From an uncultured Pelagibacteraceae bacterium (lineage in GTDB: Bacteria > Pseudomonadota > Alphaproteobacteria > Pelagibacterales > Pelagibacteraceae): a DNA stretch of 64,000 bases. This document shows positions 32,676-42,809 of the stretch, piece after piece. Under the pieces are notes generated by a model, which saw nothing but the letters and a program-made list of their open reading frames with translations, did not search any database and had not been told where the DNA came from. Numbering within the stretch: position 1 is the stretch's first letter; the number at the start of each line of letters is the position of its first letter. A program made the position numbers and the translations under genes. The stretch spans positions 10,294 to 74,293 of the forward strand of contig CACHWJ010000005.1 in NCBI GenBank assembly GCA_902583635.1. The letters run 5' to 3'.

Positions 32676-33078
32676 CTTCTATATCTTCAAAGTCTCCATC
32701 TATAAAATTATTCTTTTTATTTTCTTTAGGTTTAATTTTTTTTGCTAATCTATTAAAAATTAGTTTTCGAGTTGGTGGAAATATCAACAAAAAACCTAAG
32801 GCATCAGTTACAAAACCTGGAATAATTAATAGTAAAGCAGCAAATGCAATAGCAGCCCCAGAGATAACCTCATAAGCAGGAGTTTCATTTTTATTTAACT
32901 GAGAAAAACCCGATTTTAAGGTGTTAAGACCTTCATATTTTGCATAATAGACACCAATAATTGCTGTCATAAAAATCATAAAAATTGTAGTAATGGCTCC
33001 AATTTGAGAGCCTATTTTAATCAATAGATATATTTCAATTACAGGAACTAATATAATTGTTAATAATATTGGGTTCAT
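32653..33078 (-). CDS. fxsA: FxsA family membrane protein
   Basis: PVIEIYLLIKIG, LLIIPGFVTD, IDGDFE. Confidence 0.92.
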   Translation of the reverse strand: MNPILLTIILVPVIEIYLLIKIGSQIGAITTIFMIFMTAIIGVYYAKYEGLNTLKSGFSQLNKNETPAYEVISGAAIAFAALLLIIPGFVTDALGFLLIFPPTRKLIFNRLAKKIKPKENKKNNFIDGDFEDIEDDNDRKI

Positions 33079-33136
33079 TTGTCCTCAATCTAAATTGCTA
33101 GTTGAAATTAATCAACAGAGTAATTACTATCAATTA

Positions 33137-33733
33137 ATGAATTATAGTTTTGAATATATAGATATTATTTTGCTAGCAATGATTGCTGGATTTATTTTCC
33201 TAAGATTAAGAGGAATATTAGGTAAAAGAACTGGTTTTGAGGGAAAAACTCCTGCACAGTTTAAAGAAGTATTAAAAAATATTAAAGTAGAACAATCAAG
33301 ACAGCCTAATGAAAAATTTGATGACAGCGCAAAACAAGAATTTTTAAAAGGAGCTAAAATAGCTTATGAGACAATCATTACAGATTTTAGCGACAATGAT
33401 AATAAAATTACCACTAGTAGGTCTTTACTTAATGCACAGATATTTAATCAATTTAATGAAGCCCTTAAACAAAGAAGTGCTAGAGGACATTATGCTGAGA
33501 TAACTTTTATTGGACTAAATTCTGCCGAAATAAAAGAACACAAAAAAATTGGGAATATTTTAAATGTTACTGTAGATTTTATTGCTGAAGTAATAACCTG
33601 CATAAGAGACAAAGATAAAAAAATTGTTTCAGGTGACCCTGAAAAAATTAAAAAGATTTATGATACTTGGGTATTTTCAAGGGATACAACTTCTGTTAAT
33701 CCTAATTGGCAGCTTGTAAATACCTTAACTTAA
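33137..33733 (+). CDS. Tim44/TimA family adaptor protein
   Basis: FIFLRLRGILGKRTG, FL.GAK.AYE, DTWVFSR..PNW; start set at ATG 33137. Confidence 0.9.
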   Translation: MNYSFEYIDIILLAMIAGFIFLRLRGILGKRTGFEGKTPAQFKEVLKNIKVEQSRQPNEKFDDSAKQEFLKGAKIAYETIITDFSDNDNKITTSRSLLNAQIFNQFNEALKQRSARGHYAEITFIGLNSAEIKEHKKIGNILNVTVDFIAEVITCIRDKDKKIVSGDPEKIKKIYDTWVFSRDTTSVNPNWQLVNTLT

Positions 33734-34150
33734 TTGACTAGAGATATCTCAGAAAAAGATAAAAAAGATTGGGAAAATTTCTTATCTAAAAAGGAAAAAC
33801 TTCCCAATAAAGATAATAAAATTAAGAGCAACTCATCTCCCAAAGTAAGGTCAATTGATCTTCATGGATTTACACTTGAACAAGCAAATAGTGTTGTTAA
33901 AAATTTTATAAATAAATCATTAGATCAAAATATAAATAAATTAATAGTTGTAACAGGAAAGGGAATTCATTCTGAAGTCGAAAAGGATCCTTATGTTTCA
34001 AAAGATTTAAGTATTTTAAAATTTTCTGTTCCTGAATTTATAAAAAATAATAATGATTTAATGAAAAATATAATCGAAATTAAAGAAGCGGATATTTTAG
34101 ATGGTGGTAGTGGAGCTTTTTATATATATTTGAAAAAAAGCAAAAAATAA
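33734..34150 (+). CDS. Smr/MutS2 domain protein
   Basis: IDLHGFT, VVTGKG, GGSGAFYIYL; TTG start. Confidence 0.9.
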   Translation: MTRDISEKDKKDWENFLSKKEKLPNKDNKIKSNSSPKVRSIDLHGFTLEQANSVVKNFINKSLDQNINKLIVVTGKGIHSEVEKDPYVSKDLSILKFSVPEFIKNNNDLMKNIIEIKEADILDGGSGAFYIYLKKSKK

Positions 34151-34170
34151 ATAATTAAAAATTTATAAAT

Positions 34171-35022
34171 ATGATTATTTGGTTAGCTTCATATCCCAAA
34201 AGTGGAAATACTCTTTTGAGATCAATGCTAGCAGCTTATTTTTTTTCTGATGATGGTATATATAATTTTGATTTAATAAAAAATATAAAACAATTTCCCA
34301 ATAATAAATTGTTCGAAAGATTAGGCATTGATGTCAAGAATGAAGAAGAGATTGTTAAAAATTATATAAAGGTACAAGAAACTTTTAATAAAAAAAATTC
34401 TGTACATTTCTTAAAAACACACAGTTATCTTTTCAACATTAAAAATCATCCGTTTACAGACTTAAATAATTCTCTAGGTTCTATTTATATAATTAGAGAT
34501 CCCAGAAATGTAGTTACATCCCTTGCAAATCACTCAAATATATCAGAAGAGCGAGCATGTGATGAGTTAATCAACTCAACTAAAATGGGTGGAGATTTGA
34601 CAAAAAAGAGTTCTGAGAGAACCATAGTGTTTACTGGCTCATGGGCACTAAATTTTAACAGTTGGAAATCGTTTAAATTCCAGGATAGGTATTTGCTTAT
34701 AAAGTATGAGGATTTAATTAATCAAAAAGAAAAAACATTTATTAAAGTATTAAATTTTATTTATAGATTAAAAAAAGTAGATCCAAAAATTGATTTACAT
34801 AAAATAAAAAATATCATTTTAACCACGGACTTTTCAAATATGAAAAAACTTGAGCAAGAAAAAGGTTTTTTTGAGAGTAAAACTAACATAAAAACTGGAG
34901 AAAAAATTCCTTTTTTCAATCTAGGACCAAAGAATGACTGGAAAAAGTTATTAGATCTTAAAATTAAAGGAAAAATTGAAAAAGCATTTAAGAAAGAAAT
35001 GATTGAGCTTAATTATTTATAA
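34171..35022 (+). CDS. PAPS-dependent sulfotransferase (copy 1)
   Basis: 5'-PSB loop ASYPKSGNT, KTH, 3'-PB IRDPRNV, IKYEDL. Confidence 0.9.
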   Translation: MIIWLASYPKSGNTLLRSMLAAYFFSDDGIYNFDLIKNIKQFPNNKLFERLGIDVKNEEEIVKNYIKVQETFNKKNSVHFLKTHSYLFNIKNHPFTDLNNSLGSIYIIRDPRNVVTSLANHSNISEERACDELINSTKMGGDLTKKSSERTIVFTGSWALNFNSWKSFKFQDRYLLIKYEDLINQKEKTFIKVLNFIYRLKKVDPKIDLHKIKNIILTTDFSNMKKLEQEKGFFESKTNIKTGEKIPFFNLGPKNDWKKLLDLKIKGKIEKAFKKEMIELNYL

Positions 35023-35024
35023 GT

Positions 35025-35870
35025 ATGATTATTTGGTTAGCTTCTTATCCCAAAAGTGGAAATACTTTATTACGTTCAATGCTTTCGGCATATTTTTATT
35101 CTAAAGATGGAGTTTTTCATTTTGAACTACTTAAAAATATAAAACAATTTCCAGATCAAAAATTATTTAAAAATTTAGGTATTGATACTGATAATGAGTT
35201 AAATGTGGTTAAAAATTATGTAAAAGTACAAGAGGAGATTAACAAAAGAGATGGAAAATCTGTAAGATTTTTAAAAACTCACAGTTCTTTAAATGACATA
35301 AATGGTCATAAATTTACAAATCTTGAAAATACTTTGGGAGCAATACACATAGTTAGAGATCCAAGAGATATAATGAGATCGTATGCGAATCAAGCAAGCA
35401 TTTCTGAAGAGGAAGCAAAAAATAGAATTTTAGAAATTATTACCATCGGTGGAAAAAAAGATAAAAAAAATAAAACTGTAATTCATACTGGATCGTGGCT
35501 TACAAATTATCTTTCTTGGAAAGAATTCAAAAAAACAAACAAATATTTATTGATGAGGTTTGAAGATTTAACTTCAGAACCTGAAAAAAATTTCCTTACA
35601 ATACTGGAATTTGTACATAAACTTTCAAACTTAAAATTAACAATTGATAAAAATAAATTCAAAAATGTATTACGAACTACCAGTTTTGAATATTTAAAAA
35701 ATTTAGAGGAAAAAAGTGGCTTTGATGAGTCTTACAGCACAGCTGAAGAGAGTTATGTTCAATTTTTCAAATATGGAAATAAAAAAAACGTTATTAGTTC
35801 TGAAGATGAATTAAAAAATGATTTAAAGAATAAATTAAGTCAACAAATGAAGGAACTTGGTTATTTGTAA
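35025..35870 (+). CDS. PAPS-dependent sulfotransferase (copy 2)
   Basis: ASYPKSGNT, KTH, VRDPRD, MRFEDL. Confidence 0.9.
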   Translation: MIIWLASYPKSGNTLLRSMLSAYFYSKDGVFHFELLKNIKQFPDQKLFKNLGIDTDNELNVVKNYVKVQEEINKRDGKSVRFLKTHSSLNDINGHKFTNLENTLGAIHIVRDPRDIMRSYANQASISEEEAKNRILEIITIGGKKDKKNKTVIHTGSWLTNYLSWKEFKKTNKYLLMRFEDLTSEPEKNFLTILEFVHKLSNLKLTIDKNKFKNVLRTTSFEYLKNLEEKSGFDESYSTAEESYVQFFKYGNKKNVISSEDELKNDLKNKLSQQMKELGYL

Positions 35871-36314
35871 TGATAATTTGGTTAGCATCATACCCAAAAA
35901 GTGGAAATACTTTCTTAAGATCATTAATCTCTTCATACGTTTATTCTGAGAGTGGTAATTTTGATTTTAAACTTTTAAAAAATATTAAACAATTTCCTAC
36001 AAATGAATTTTTTGAAAATTTAGGTATTGATGTTAGTAATAAAAATCAGGTATCTAAAAATTATATAAATGCTCAAATAGAAATTAATAAGAAAAGTAGA
36101 AAAAGTTATAAATGAAACAAAATTCTCAAAAATGAGAGATTTAGAAAAAAAAGTTGGTTTTGATGAAGCTAAAATAAATGATAACACTGGTAAAGTTGTT
36201 CCCTTTTTTAATCTAGGTCCAAAAAATAACTGGAAAAAAAATTTAGATGTAGATTTATCCTCTAAAATTGAAGAGGCTTTTAGAGAAGAAATGATTGAGC
36301 TTAATTATTTATAA
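35870..36314 (+). pseudogene. Sulfotransferase copy 3 with an out-of-frame internal deletion of about 400 nt
   Basis: The N-terminal part (to QIEINKK) is joined at about 36095 to a C-terminal part in the +1 frame (KVEKVINETKFSKMRDLE...EMIELNYL). 445 nt versus about 850 nt for the paralogs; KTH and RDPR are missing. Confidence 0.88.
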
Positions 36315-36319
36315 AGTTT

Positions 36320-37693
36320 TTAAAGAATAAATTTTGAAAGATCTGTGTCTCTAACCAAGCTTTCTAAGTTTTTATCAATATATTCTTTATTTATAATTAT
36401 CTTTTCACCAGATCGATCTGTAGCTGTGAAACTAATCTCATCCAAAATTCTTTCAATTATAGTATGTAATCTTCTTGCACCTATATTTTCAACAGTTGTA
36501 TTTACCTCTGACGCAATGTTAGCTATGCTATCAATTCCATCCTCAGAGAATTCTAAGTCAACATTTTCTGTTTTAAGGAGAGCAACATATTGTTTTATTA
36601 AACTAAAGTCTGGTTCTCTTAAAATTCTTTTAAAATCCTCACTAGTTAGAGCTTCTAATTCAACTCTGATAGGTAGTCTTCCTTGAAGCTCAGGCAATAG
36701 ATCTGAAGGTTTAGCTAATTGAAAAGCTCCAGATGCAATAAATAATATATGGTCAGTTTTTATAGGGCCGTGCTTAGTATTTACTGTAGTTCCCTCAATT
36801 AAAGGTAATAAATCTCTTTGCACACCTTCTCTAGATACATCTCCACCAACTCTATCTGTTCTAGCAGAGATTTTATCAATTTCGTCTAAGAAAACTATTC
36901 CATTATTTTCTGTTGATAGTTTGGCAGCTTTTATAATTTTATCCTGTTCTATTAATTTGTCTGACTCATCGTTAATTAGAATTTCGTGAGATTCTTTTAC
37001 ACTCATTTTTCTTTTCTTTTCTTTGCCACCCATGGATTTTCCAAGCATTTCTCCAATATTGATCATACCTACATTTGCTCCAGGCATACCTGGGATTTCA
37101 AAAGAAGTACCACTAGAGCCAGCGTCACTCACTGAAATTTCTATTTCGTTATTATCAAGATCACCATTTCTGAGTCTTTTTCTAAAACTTTCTCTTGTTG
37201 CCATAGTGGCTTTTTTGCCAACTAAGGCATCTAAAACTTTTTCCTCAGCAGCTTTTTGAGCTTGAGCAAATACCTCTTTTCTTTTTTTAATTTTTTCCAT
37301 TGCAATAGCGATTTCAATTAAATCTCTAACTATTTGCTCTACGTCTCTCCCAACATAACCGACTTCAGTGAATCTGGTTGCCTCAACTTTTACAAAAGGT
37401 GCTTCAGCTAGTTTTGAAAGTCTTCTTGATATTTCTGTCTTTCCAACTCCAGTTGGTCCGATCATTAAAATATTTTTTGGCAAAACCTCATTTTTCATTT
37501 CGCCATTAAGCGCCTGCCTACGCCATCTATTTCTTAATGCAACTGCAACTGCTTTTTTTGCTTTGTTTTGACCAACAACAAATCTATCTAGTTCCGAGAC
37601 GATTTCTCTTGGAGAAAGGGAGCTAACTAAAGATGCTTCCTTTTTTTTATTTTGTTCCTTAGGGTGTAACGGTGTAACGTTTGAATTATCCAT
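36320..37693 (-). CDS. hslU: ATP-dependent protease ATPase subunit HslU
   Basis: [39 protein letters not shown]. Confidence 0.98.
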   Translation of the reverse strand: MDNSNVTPLHPKEQNKKKEASLVSSLSPREIVSELDRFVVGQNKAKKAVAVALRNRWRRQALNGEMKNEVLPKNILMIGPTGVGKTEISRRLSKLAEAPFVKVEATRFTEVGYVGRDVEQIVRDLIEIAIAMEKIKKRKEVFAQAQKAAEEKVLDALVGKKATMATRESFRKRLRNGDLDNNEIEISVSDAGSSGTSFEIPGMPGANVGMINIGEMLGKSMGGKEKKRKMSVKESHEILINDESDKLIEQDKIIKAAKLSTENNGIVFLDEIDKISARTDRVGGDVSREGVQRDLLPLIEGTTVNTKHGPIKTDHILFIASGAFQLAKPSDLLPELQGRLPIRVELEALTSEDFKRILREPDFSLIKQYVALLKTENVDLEFSEDGIDSIANIASEVNTTVENIGARRLHTIIERILDEISFTATDRSGEKIIINKEYIDKNLESLVRDTDLSKFIL

Positions 37694-38208
37694 TATATCT
37701 TCTCAACTTTGACATTATTATTTGTAAATACACATATATCAGCAGCAACTTTTATAGCTTTTTTCGCAACTTCTTCTGCAGACATCTCACCTTCAATTAA
37801 AACTTTACCTGCTGCCAAAGCATAATTTCCACCTGAACCAATTCCAATCACATCTCCCTCAGGCTCTAAAACATCACCTGTTCCAGAAATAATATAGCTA
37901 TTACTTTTGTCACCAACAGCCATTAAAGCTTCCAGCCTTCTCAAATATTTATCTGTTCTCCAATCTTTTGCTAATTCAACAGCTGCTCTTGATAAATTTC
38001 CCGCATGTTTTTCAAGTTTACCTTCTAATCTTTCAAACAAAGTTAATGCGTCAGCAGTTGATCCTGCAAATCCAGCAACAACGTCTCTTTTTTCAATTTT
38101 TCTAACTTTCGAAGCAGTGCTCTTAACAACAGTATTTCCCATACTAACTTGTCCATCACCAGCAACCACTACGTCATTATTTTTTCTTACCAGTACAATT
38201 GTTGTCAT
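37693..38208 (-). CDS. hslV: ATP-dependent protease subunit HslV
   Basis: N-terminal [21 protein letters not shown]. Confidence 0.98.
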   Translation of the reverse strand: MTTIVLVRKNNDVVVAGDGQVSMGNTVVKSTASKVRKIEKRDVVAGFAGSTADALTLFERLEGKLEKHAGNLSRAAVELAKDWRTDKYLRRLEALMAVGDKSNSYIISGTGDVLEPEGDVIGIGSGGNYALAAGKVLIEGEMSAEEVAKKAIKVAADICVFTNNNVKVEKI

Positions 38209-38214
38209 AATTAA

Positions 38215-38243
38215 TAAATGGTAACTATTTTTGATACTTCAAG
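38215..38243 (-). promoter_or_regulatory. RpoH (sigma32) promoter of hslVU
   Basis: Minus strand CTTGAA-N16-CCATTTA, 6 nt before the hslV ATG. Confidence 0.7.
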
Positions 38244-38296
38244 TACTCATACTAACATTGATATAGTTGGATTATGTATATATACCTCTAAAATAT

Positions 38297-38887
38297 ATGG
38301 CTAGAAAAGGAAAAGTATCTCGTAAAACAAAAGAAACCAGCATCAGCGTCGAAGTTAATATTGATGGTAAAGGTCAGTACAAAATTGACACTGGGATTGG
38401 TTTCTTAGATCATATGTTGGAGCAATTATCAAAGCACTCTCTAATTGATTTAAAAGTTAAGGCTAAAGGAGATACACATATCGATCTTCACCACACTACC
38501 GAAGATACAGGTATAGCAATTGGTGAAGCTTTAAAAAAAGCTGCCAAAAAATTTGTTGGCATCAAACGTTATGCTCACAGACTTATTCCAATGGACGAAA
38601 CCTTAACTAGAGTAGCAATTGATGTCTCAAACAGACCTTATTTGATTTGGAAAGTAAAATTGAAAGTTGAAAAACTTGGTGAGATGGATACAGAATTATT
38701 CAAAGAATGGTTCCAAGCTTTTTCACAATCTGCTGGAATTACTTTGCACGTTGAAAATATTTATGGGGACAATAGTCACCACATTATTGAGTCTTGTTAT
38801 AAAGGTTTGGCGAGATCATTAAGAGATGCTTTAGAGATGGATCCTCGAAATAAAAAAAGTATTCCATCAACTAAGGGCTCATTATAA
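38297..38887 (+). CDS. hisB: Imidazoleglycerol-phosphate dehydratase
   Basis: [31 protein letters not shown]; start at ATG 38297. Confidence 0.97.
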   Translation: MARKGKVSRKTKETSISVEVNIDGKGQYKIDTGIGFLDHMLEQLSKHSLIDLKVKAKGDTHIDLHHTTEDTGIAIGEALKKAAKKFVGIKRYAHRLIPMDETLTRVAIDVSNRPYLIWKVKLKVEKLGEMDTELFKEWFQAFSQSAGITLHVENIYGDNSHHIIESCYKGLARSLRDALEMDPRNKKSIPSTKGSL

Positions 38888-38892
38888 GTTTA

Positions 38893-39519
38893 ATGAATGT
38901 CACAATTGTTGATTATAATTCGGGCAATATAAGCTCAGTCATAAACTCCTTTCAGGAAGTTGCTAAGGATAAGGTAAATATCGAAGTAACTTCAGATTTA
39001 AATAAGATCATATCAAGTGATAAAGTAGTATTACCAGGGCAGGGTTCGTTTAAAAGTTGTGTTAATGCACTAAACAATATCAATGGGCTAGTTGAGACTT
39101 TGAATGATTTCGTTTTAACAAATAAAAAGCCTCTTCTTGGAATCTGTGTTGGTTTACAAATGTTCGCAGATGTTGGTTATGAAGAAACTGAAACTAAGGG
39201 TTTAGGCTGGATATCAGGCAAGGTATCAAAAATCGATAATCAAGATGGAAAATATAAACTTCCTCATATCGGCTGGAACCAAATTAACATTGTTAAGGAC
39301 AGTAAGATTTTTAAAGGTATAGAAAATAATTCTGACATGTATTTTGTACATAGTTACGAACTTGTTCCAAATGATAAGAGTGTAGTGTCAGCAACTACAG
39401 ATTATTCATCAAATATTGTTTGTTCTGTTGAGAAAGAAAATATTTTTGGAACTCAATTTCACCCAGAAAAAAGTGATAAAATTGGTCTTCAAATAATTGA
39501 TAACTTTATAAAACTTTAA
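38893..39519 (+). CDS. hisH: Imidazole glycerol phosphate synthase glutaminase subunit
   Basis: GICVGLQ, PHIGWN, YFVHSY, QFHPEKS. Confidence 0.97.
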   Translation: MNVTIVDYNSGNISSVINSFQEVAKDKVNIEVTSDLNKIISSDKVVLPGQGSFKSCVNALNNINGLVETLNDFVLTNKKPLLGICVGLQMFADVGYEETETKGLGWISGKVSKIDNQDGKYKLPHIGWNQINIVKDSKIFKGIENNSDMYFVHSYELVPNDKSVVSATTDYSSNIVCSVEKENIFGTQFHPEKSDKIGLQIIDNFIKL

Positions 39520-39654
39520 ATGAAATATTTTGCATTTCTAATATTATTTTTATTATATGCCTGTGAAATCGCTAATATGCCCAAGGATATAAAAAAAAAT
39601 AAAAATATTCAAATGAAAGTAACAACTGACCCAAGTATTAAACTAAAAAAATGA
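39520..39654 (+). CDS. Small lipoprotein, 44 aa (not in ORF track)
   Basis: [44 protein letters not shown]; lipobox LYAC. ATG abuts the hisH stop and TGA overlaps the hisA ATG. Confidence 0.7.
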   Translation: MKYFAFLILFLLYACEIANMPKDIKKNKNIQMKVTTDPSIKLKK

Positions 39655-40376
39655 AAATATTCCCAGCCATAGACATCAAAGATAAAAAATGTGTTCGGCT
39701 AATTAGAGGAGATTTTGATAACAAAACCGAATACAAAATATCTCCAGTTGAACAAGCTGAAAAATATAAAGACCACGGTTTTATAAATTTACACATTGTT
39801 GATTTAGATGGAGCTTTAATTGGTAAGACAGTAAATTTAGATATTATCAAAGAAATTGTGAAAAAATCTAATTTAAAAATTGAAGTAGGAGGTGGTATCA
39901 GAAACATAGATAGTATTAAAAAATATACTGATGCTGGTGTTGAAAAAGTAATTTTAGGCAGCGCAGCTATTAAAGATAAAAATTTTTTAAAAGAAGCCTG
40001 CGAAAAATTTCCAAATAAAATTGCATTAGGTTTAGATGCTAAAGATGGACATTTATCTGTATCAGGATGGAAAGAAAATTCTAATCAATTAACTTTAAAT
40101 TTTTTAAAAGAGGTAAATGACTATGGTGTTAGTAGATTAATTTATACAGATATTAATCAGGATGGAATGAAACAAGGACCAAATTATGAGGAAACTTCTA
40201 AGGTAGCTAATACTTCAAATTGTCCAGTGATAATATCTGGTGGTGTTTCTTCAATTGATGACATTAAAAGAGCTAAAGAATTAAATAACAACAATATTGA
40301 AGGAATTATAGTTGGTAAAGCTATATATGATGGTGATATTAATTTGGATGAATTAGTTAAAGAATTGGATGCTTAA
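39651..40376 (+). CDS. hisA: ProFAR isomerase
   Basis: [34 protein letters not shown]. Confidence 0.97.
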   Translation: MKIFPAIDIKDKKCVRLIRGDFDNKTEYKISPVEQAEKYKDHGFINLHIVDLDGALIGKTVNLDIIKEIVKKSNLKIEVGGGIRNIDSIKKYTDAGVEKVILGSAAIKDKNFLKEACEKFPNKIALGLDAKDGHLSVSGWKENSNQLTLNFLKEVNDYGVSRLIYTDINQDGMKQGPNYEETSKVANTSNCPVIISGGVSSIDDIKRAKELNNNNIEGIIVGKAIYDGDINLDELVKELDA

Positions 40377-41121
40377 AAATAGAATAATACCTTGTTTGGA
40401 TGTTAAAAACGGTCGGGTAGTAAAGGGTATTAATTTTGTAGACTTAAAGGATGCTGGAGACCCTGTTGAGCAAGCTAAAATCTATTCAGATGGTGGAGCA
40501 GATGAAATTTGCTTTTTAGATATCACTGCTTCAAATGAAAATAGAGATACAATTTACGATGTTGTAGATAAAACTTCTAAGAAATGTTTTGTACCATTAA
40601 CCGTTGGAGGTGGCATTAGAAGCGTTGAAGATATTAATAAACTACTTAATTGTGGAGCAGATAAAGTGTCAATTAATACTGCTGCAGTTAAAAACGCAAA
40701 AGTGGTTGAGGATAGTTCAAGAAAGTTTGGTTCACAATGTATTGTGGTTGCAATTGATGCAAAGAGAAACAATGCTGGATGGGAAATTTTTACTCATGGA
40801 GGAAGAAATTCTACTGGCATAAATGCTTTGGAATTTGCCTCAAAAATGGAGAAGTGTGGGGCTGGGGAGCTATTAGTTACTTCTATGGATAAAGATGGAA
40901 CTCAGTCTGGATATGATATCGAGCTAATGCAAAAAATATCTTCAGCTGTGAATATTCCAGTGATAGCATCTGGTGGAGTTGGAACTTTAGACCATTTGGT
41001 AGATGGAATAAAATCAGGTGCAAGCGCTGTTTTGGCAGCATCTATATTTCATTATGGTACTTATTCAATTAATGAAGCTAAGCAATATTTGGCTTCAAAA
41101 GATATACCTGTTAGGATTTGA
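40369..41121 (+). CDS. hisF: Imidazole glycerol phosphate synthase cyclase subunit
   Basis: [29 protein letters not shown]. Confidence 0.98.
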   Translation: MLKNRIIPCLDVKNGRVVKGINFVDLKDAGDPVEQAKIYSDGGADEICFLDITASNENRDTIYDVVDKTSKKCFVPLTVGGGIRSVEDINKLLNCGADKVSINTAAVKNAKVVEDSSRKFGSQCIVVAIDAKRNNAGWEIFTHGGRNSTGINALEFASKMEKCGAGELLVTSMDKDGTQSGYDIELMQKISSAVNIPVIASGGVGTLDHLVDGIKSGASAVLAASIFHYGTYSINEAKQYLASKDIPVRI

Positions 41122-41122
41122 T

Positions 41123-41395
41123 ATGTTAAAAATTTTAGAGGATCTCGTAACTCTTGCAAGAGAAAGAAAAACTAATCCTGTTGAAGGCTCATATACTAAC
41201 AAACTTTTAGAAGATAAATCTTTAGCAAAAGAAAAGGTTTTAGAGGAGATTAATGAGTTAATTGAAGCTGTAGAGCAAGACACAAATAAAATTCATGAAG
41301 CTGCAGATGTTTTTTACCACCTTATTATGTATCTTGAAAAAAGTGGAATAAAAATGGAAGAGGTAATGATGGAATTAAATAACAGAAGAAAATAA
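41123..41395 (+). CDS. hisE: Phosphoribosyl-ATP diphosphatase
   Basis: GSYT.KLL, KVLEE..E, HEAADVFYH; start at ATG 41123. Confidence 0.93.
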   Translation: MLKILEDLVTLARERKTNPVEGSYTNKLLEDKSLAKEKVLEEINELIEAVEQDTNKIHEAADVFYHLIMYLEKSGIKMEEVMMELNNRRK

Positions 41396-41398
41396 AAA

Positions 41399-41764
41399 AT
41401 GGCCTACGATGACAGTAATATTTTTGCTAAAATTTTAAGGGAAGAGATACCTTGTAATAAAATTTATGAAGATGACTTTGTTTTGTCATTTCATGACATT
41501 AATCCACAAAAGAAAATTCATGCTTTAGTAATTCCTAAGGGAAAATATATTGATCTAGATGATTTTAGTTTAAATGCTTCACCTGAGGAGATGGTGGGGT
41601 TAATTAAAGGTATAAATATAGTTGCAAAAAAGCTTGGTGTATCAACAGAAGTAGGCAAGGGTTATAGAGTTTTAGCCAATATTAATGAACATGGTGGTCA
41701 AGAGGTTCCCCATCTACATTTTCATCTTTTTGGTGGTGAAACAGTTGGAAAAATGGTTGAGTGA
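41399..41764 (+). CDS. HIT-family nucleotide-binding protein
   Basis: NIFAKIL, FHDINP, QEVPHLHFH histidine triad. Confidence 0.95.
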   Translation: MAYDDSNIFAKILREEIPCNKIYEDDFVLSFHDINPQKKIHALVIPKGKYIDLDDFSLNASPEEMVGLIKGINIVAKKLGVSTEVGKGYRVLANINEHGGQEVPHLHFHLFGGETVGKMVE

Positions 41765-42264
41765 CACAAGAAGTAAAAAGAAATTATTTGGAAATAAATT
41801 CTCTTGAGGATCTAAATCAAGGTTCTAAGCCTTCTGACGACTACTCTTTAAATTTGTTAGATCCAATTAATTTTCATCTAAATAAATTTTTTTATAAAAA
41901 CATTGGTAATAAACACAAATGGGTGGATAGATTAACTTGGACTGAAGAGAAATGGATAGATTATGTTTCAAGTAAAAATGTCAAAACATACGTATTAAAA
42001 TGCAAAGAGGATTTGGTGGGCTTTTTTGAATTAATTCATCATCAAGAAAAAAAAGAAGTTGAAATAGCTTATTTAGGAATTTTAGAAGAATATCATAATA
42101 AAAAACTCGGATCATATTTATTATCAGAAGCTATTAAAGAGTCTTTTAAAAATGAAATTAATCGTACTTGGGTTCATACCTGTACTTTAGATCACAAGAA
42201 TGCCTTGAAAAATTATATTACTAGAGGAATGAAAATATTCAAAACTGAAGTTATAAATATTTAA
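41761..42264 (+). CDS. GNAT-family acetyltransferase
   Basis: EIAYLGI..YHNKKLG, WVHTCTLDH..ALKNY..RG. Confidence 0.88.
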   Translation: MTQEVKRNYLEINSLEDLNQGSKPSDDYSLNLLDPINFHLNKFFYKNIGNKHKWVDRLTWTEEKWIDYVSSKNVKTYVLKCKEDLVGFFELIHHQEKKEVEIAYLGILEEYHNKKLGSYLLSEAIKESFKNEINRTWVHTCTLDHKNALKNYITRGMKIFKTEVINI

Positions 42265-42809
42265 TTTTGAGTCGGCAGTTTAAATATATCTTTTGAGATT
42301 ATTCTATTTTTTCTAATTGAAGATAAATAGGTAATATTAAAATTTTGGTATACATCTGTATTTTGCCATCCAATTAAATCATATGTTTCTTTGTTAAAAA
42401 AAACACTAATTTCTATATTATCCTGATTGATTGTATAATTGATTAAAGAATCATCTATAATTCTCTCTTCCAAAACATAAACTTTATTAATTAAGAAATT
42501 TTTATCTAGAATAAAATTGAGAGGAGTTTTGTCGAGCGGATATCTATAATAACTTGTTACAGTTTTTATAACCAAGGATTTGCCATTTGTTACTAAAATT
42601 TTATTGTTACTCTTGGCATATTCACAAAACATTTTTTTGGGATATTCAATAGTACAATTTCCATTTTCAATTTTTCCGTTTATATTTTGTTCAAAATTAA
42701 AATCTAGATTTTTTGTATTTTTTAAATTTTCAATAATTTTTTCTTTGTTACTAGCACTACTATTCGTTATTAAAATTATACAAATATAAAAAAAAATATA
42801 TTTTAACAT
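42261..42809 (-). CDS. lolA: Outer-membrane lipoprotein carrier LolA family
   Basis: Signal peptide, FEQ, YPLDKTPL; follows ftsK. Confidence 0.85.
   Translation of the reverse strand: MLKYIFFYICIILITNSSASNKEKIIENLKNTKNLDFNFEQNINGKIENGNCTIEYPKKMFCEYAKSNNKILVTNGKSLVIKTVTSYYRYPLDKTPLNFILDKNFLINKVYVLEERIIDDSLINYTINQDNIEISVFFNKETYDLIGWQNTDVYQNFNITYLSSIRKNRIISKDIFKLPTQN

Noticed and set aside
36086-36135. Programmed frameshift rescuing sulfotransferase copy 3
   Set aside because: Even if reframed, about 135 codons including the catalytic motifs are missing.
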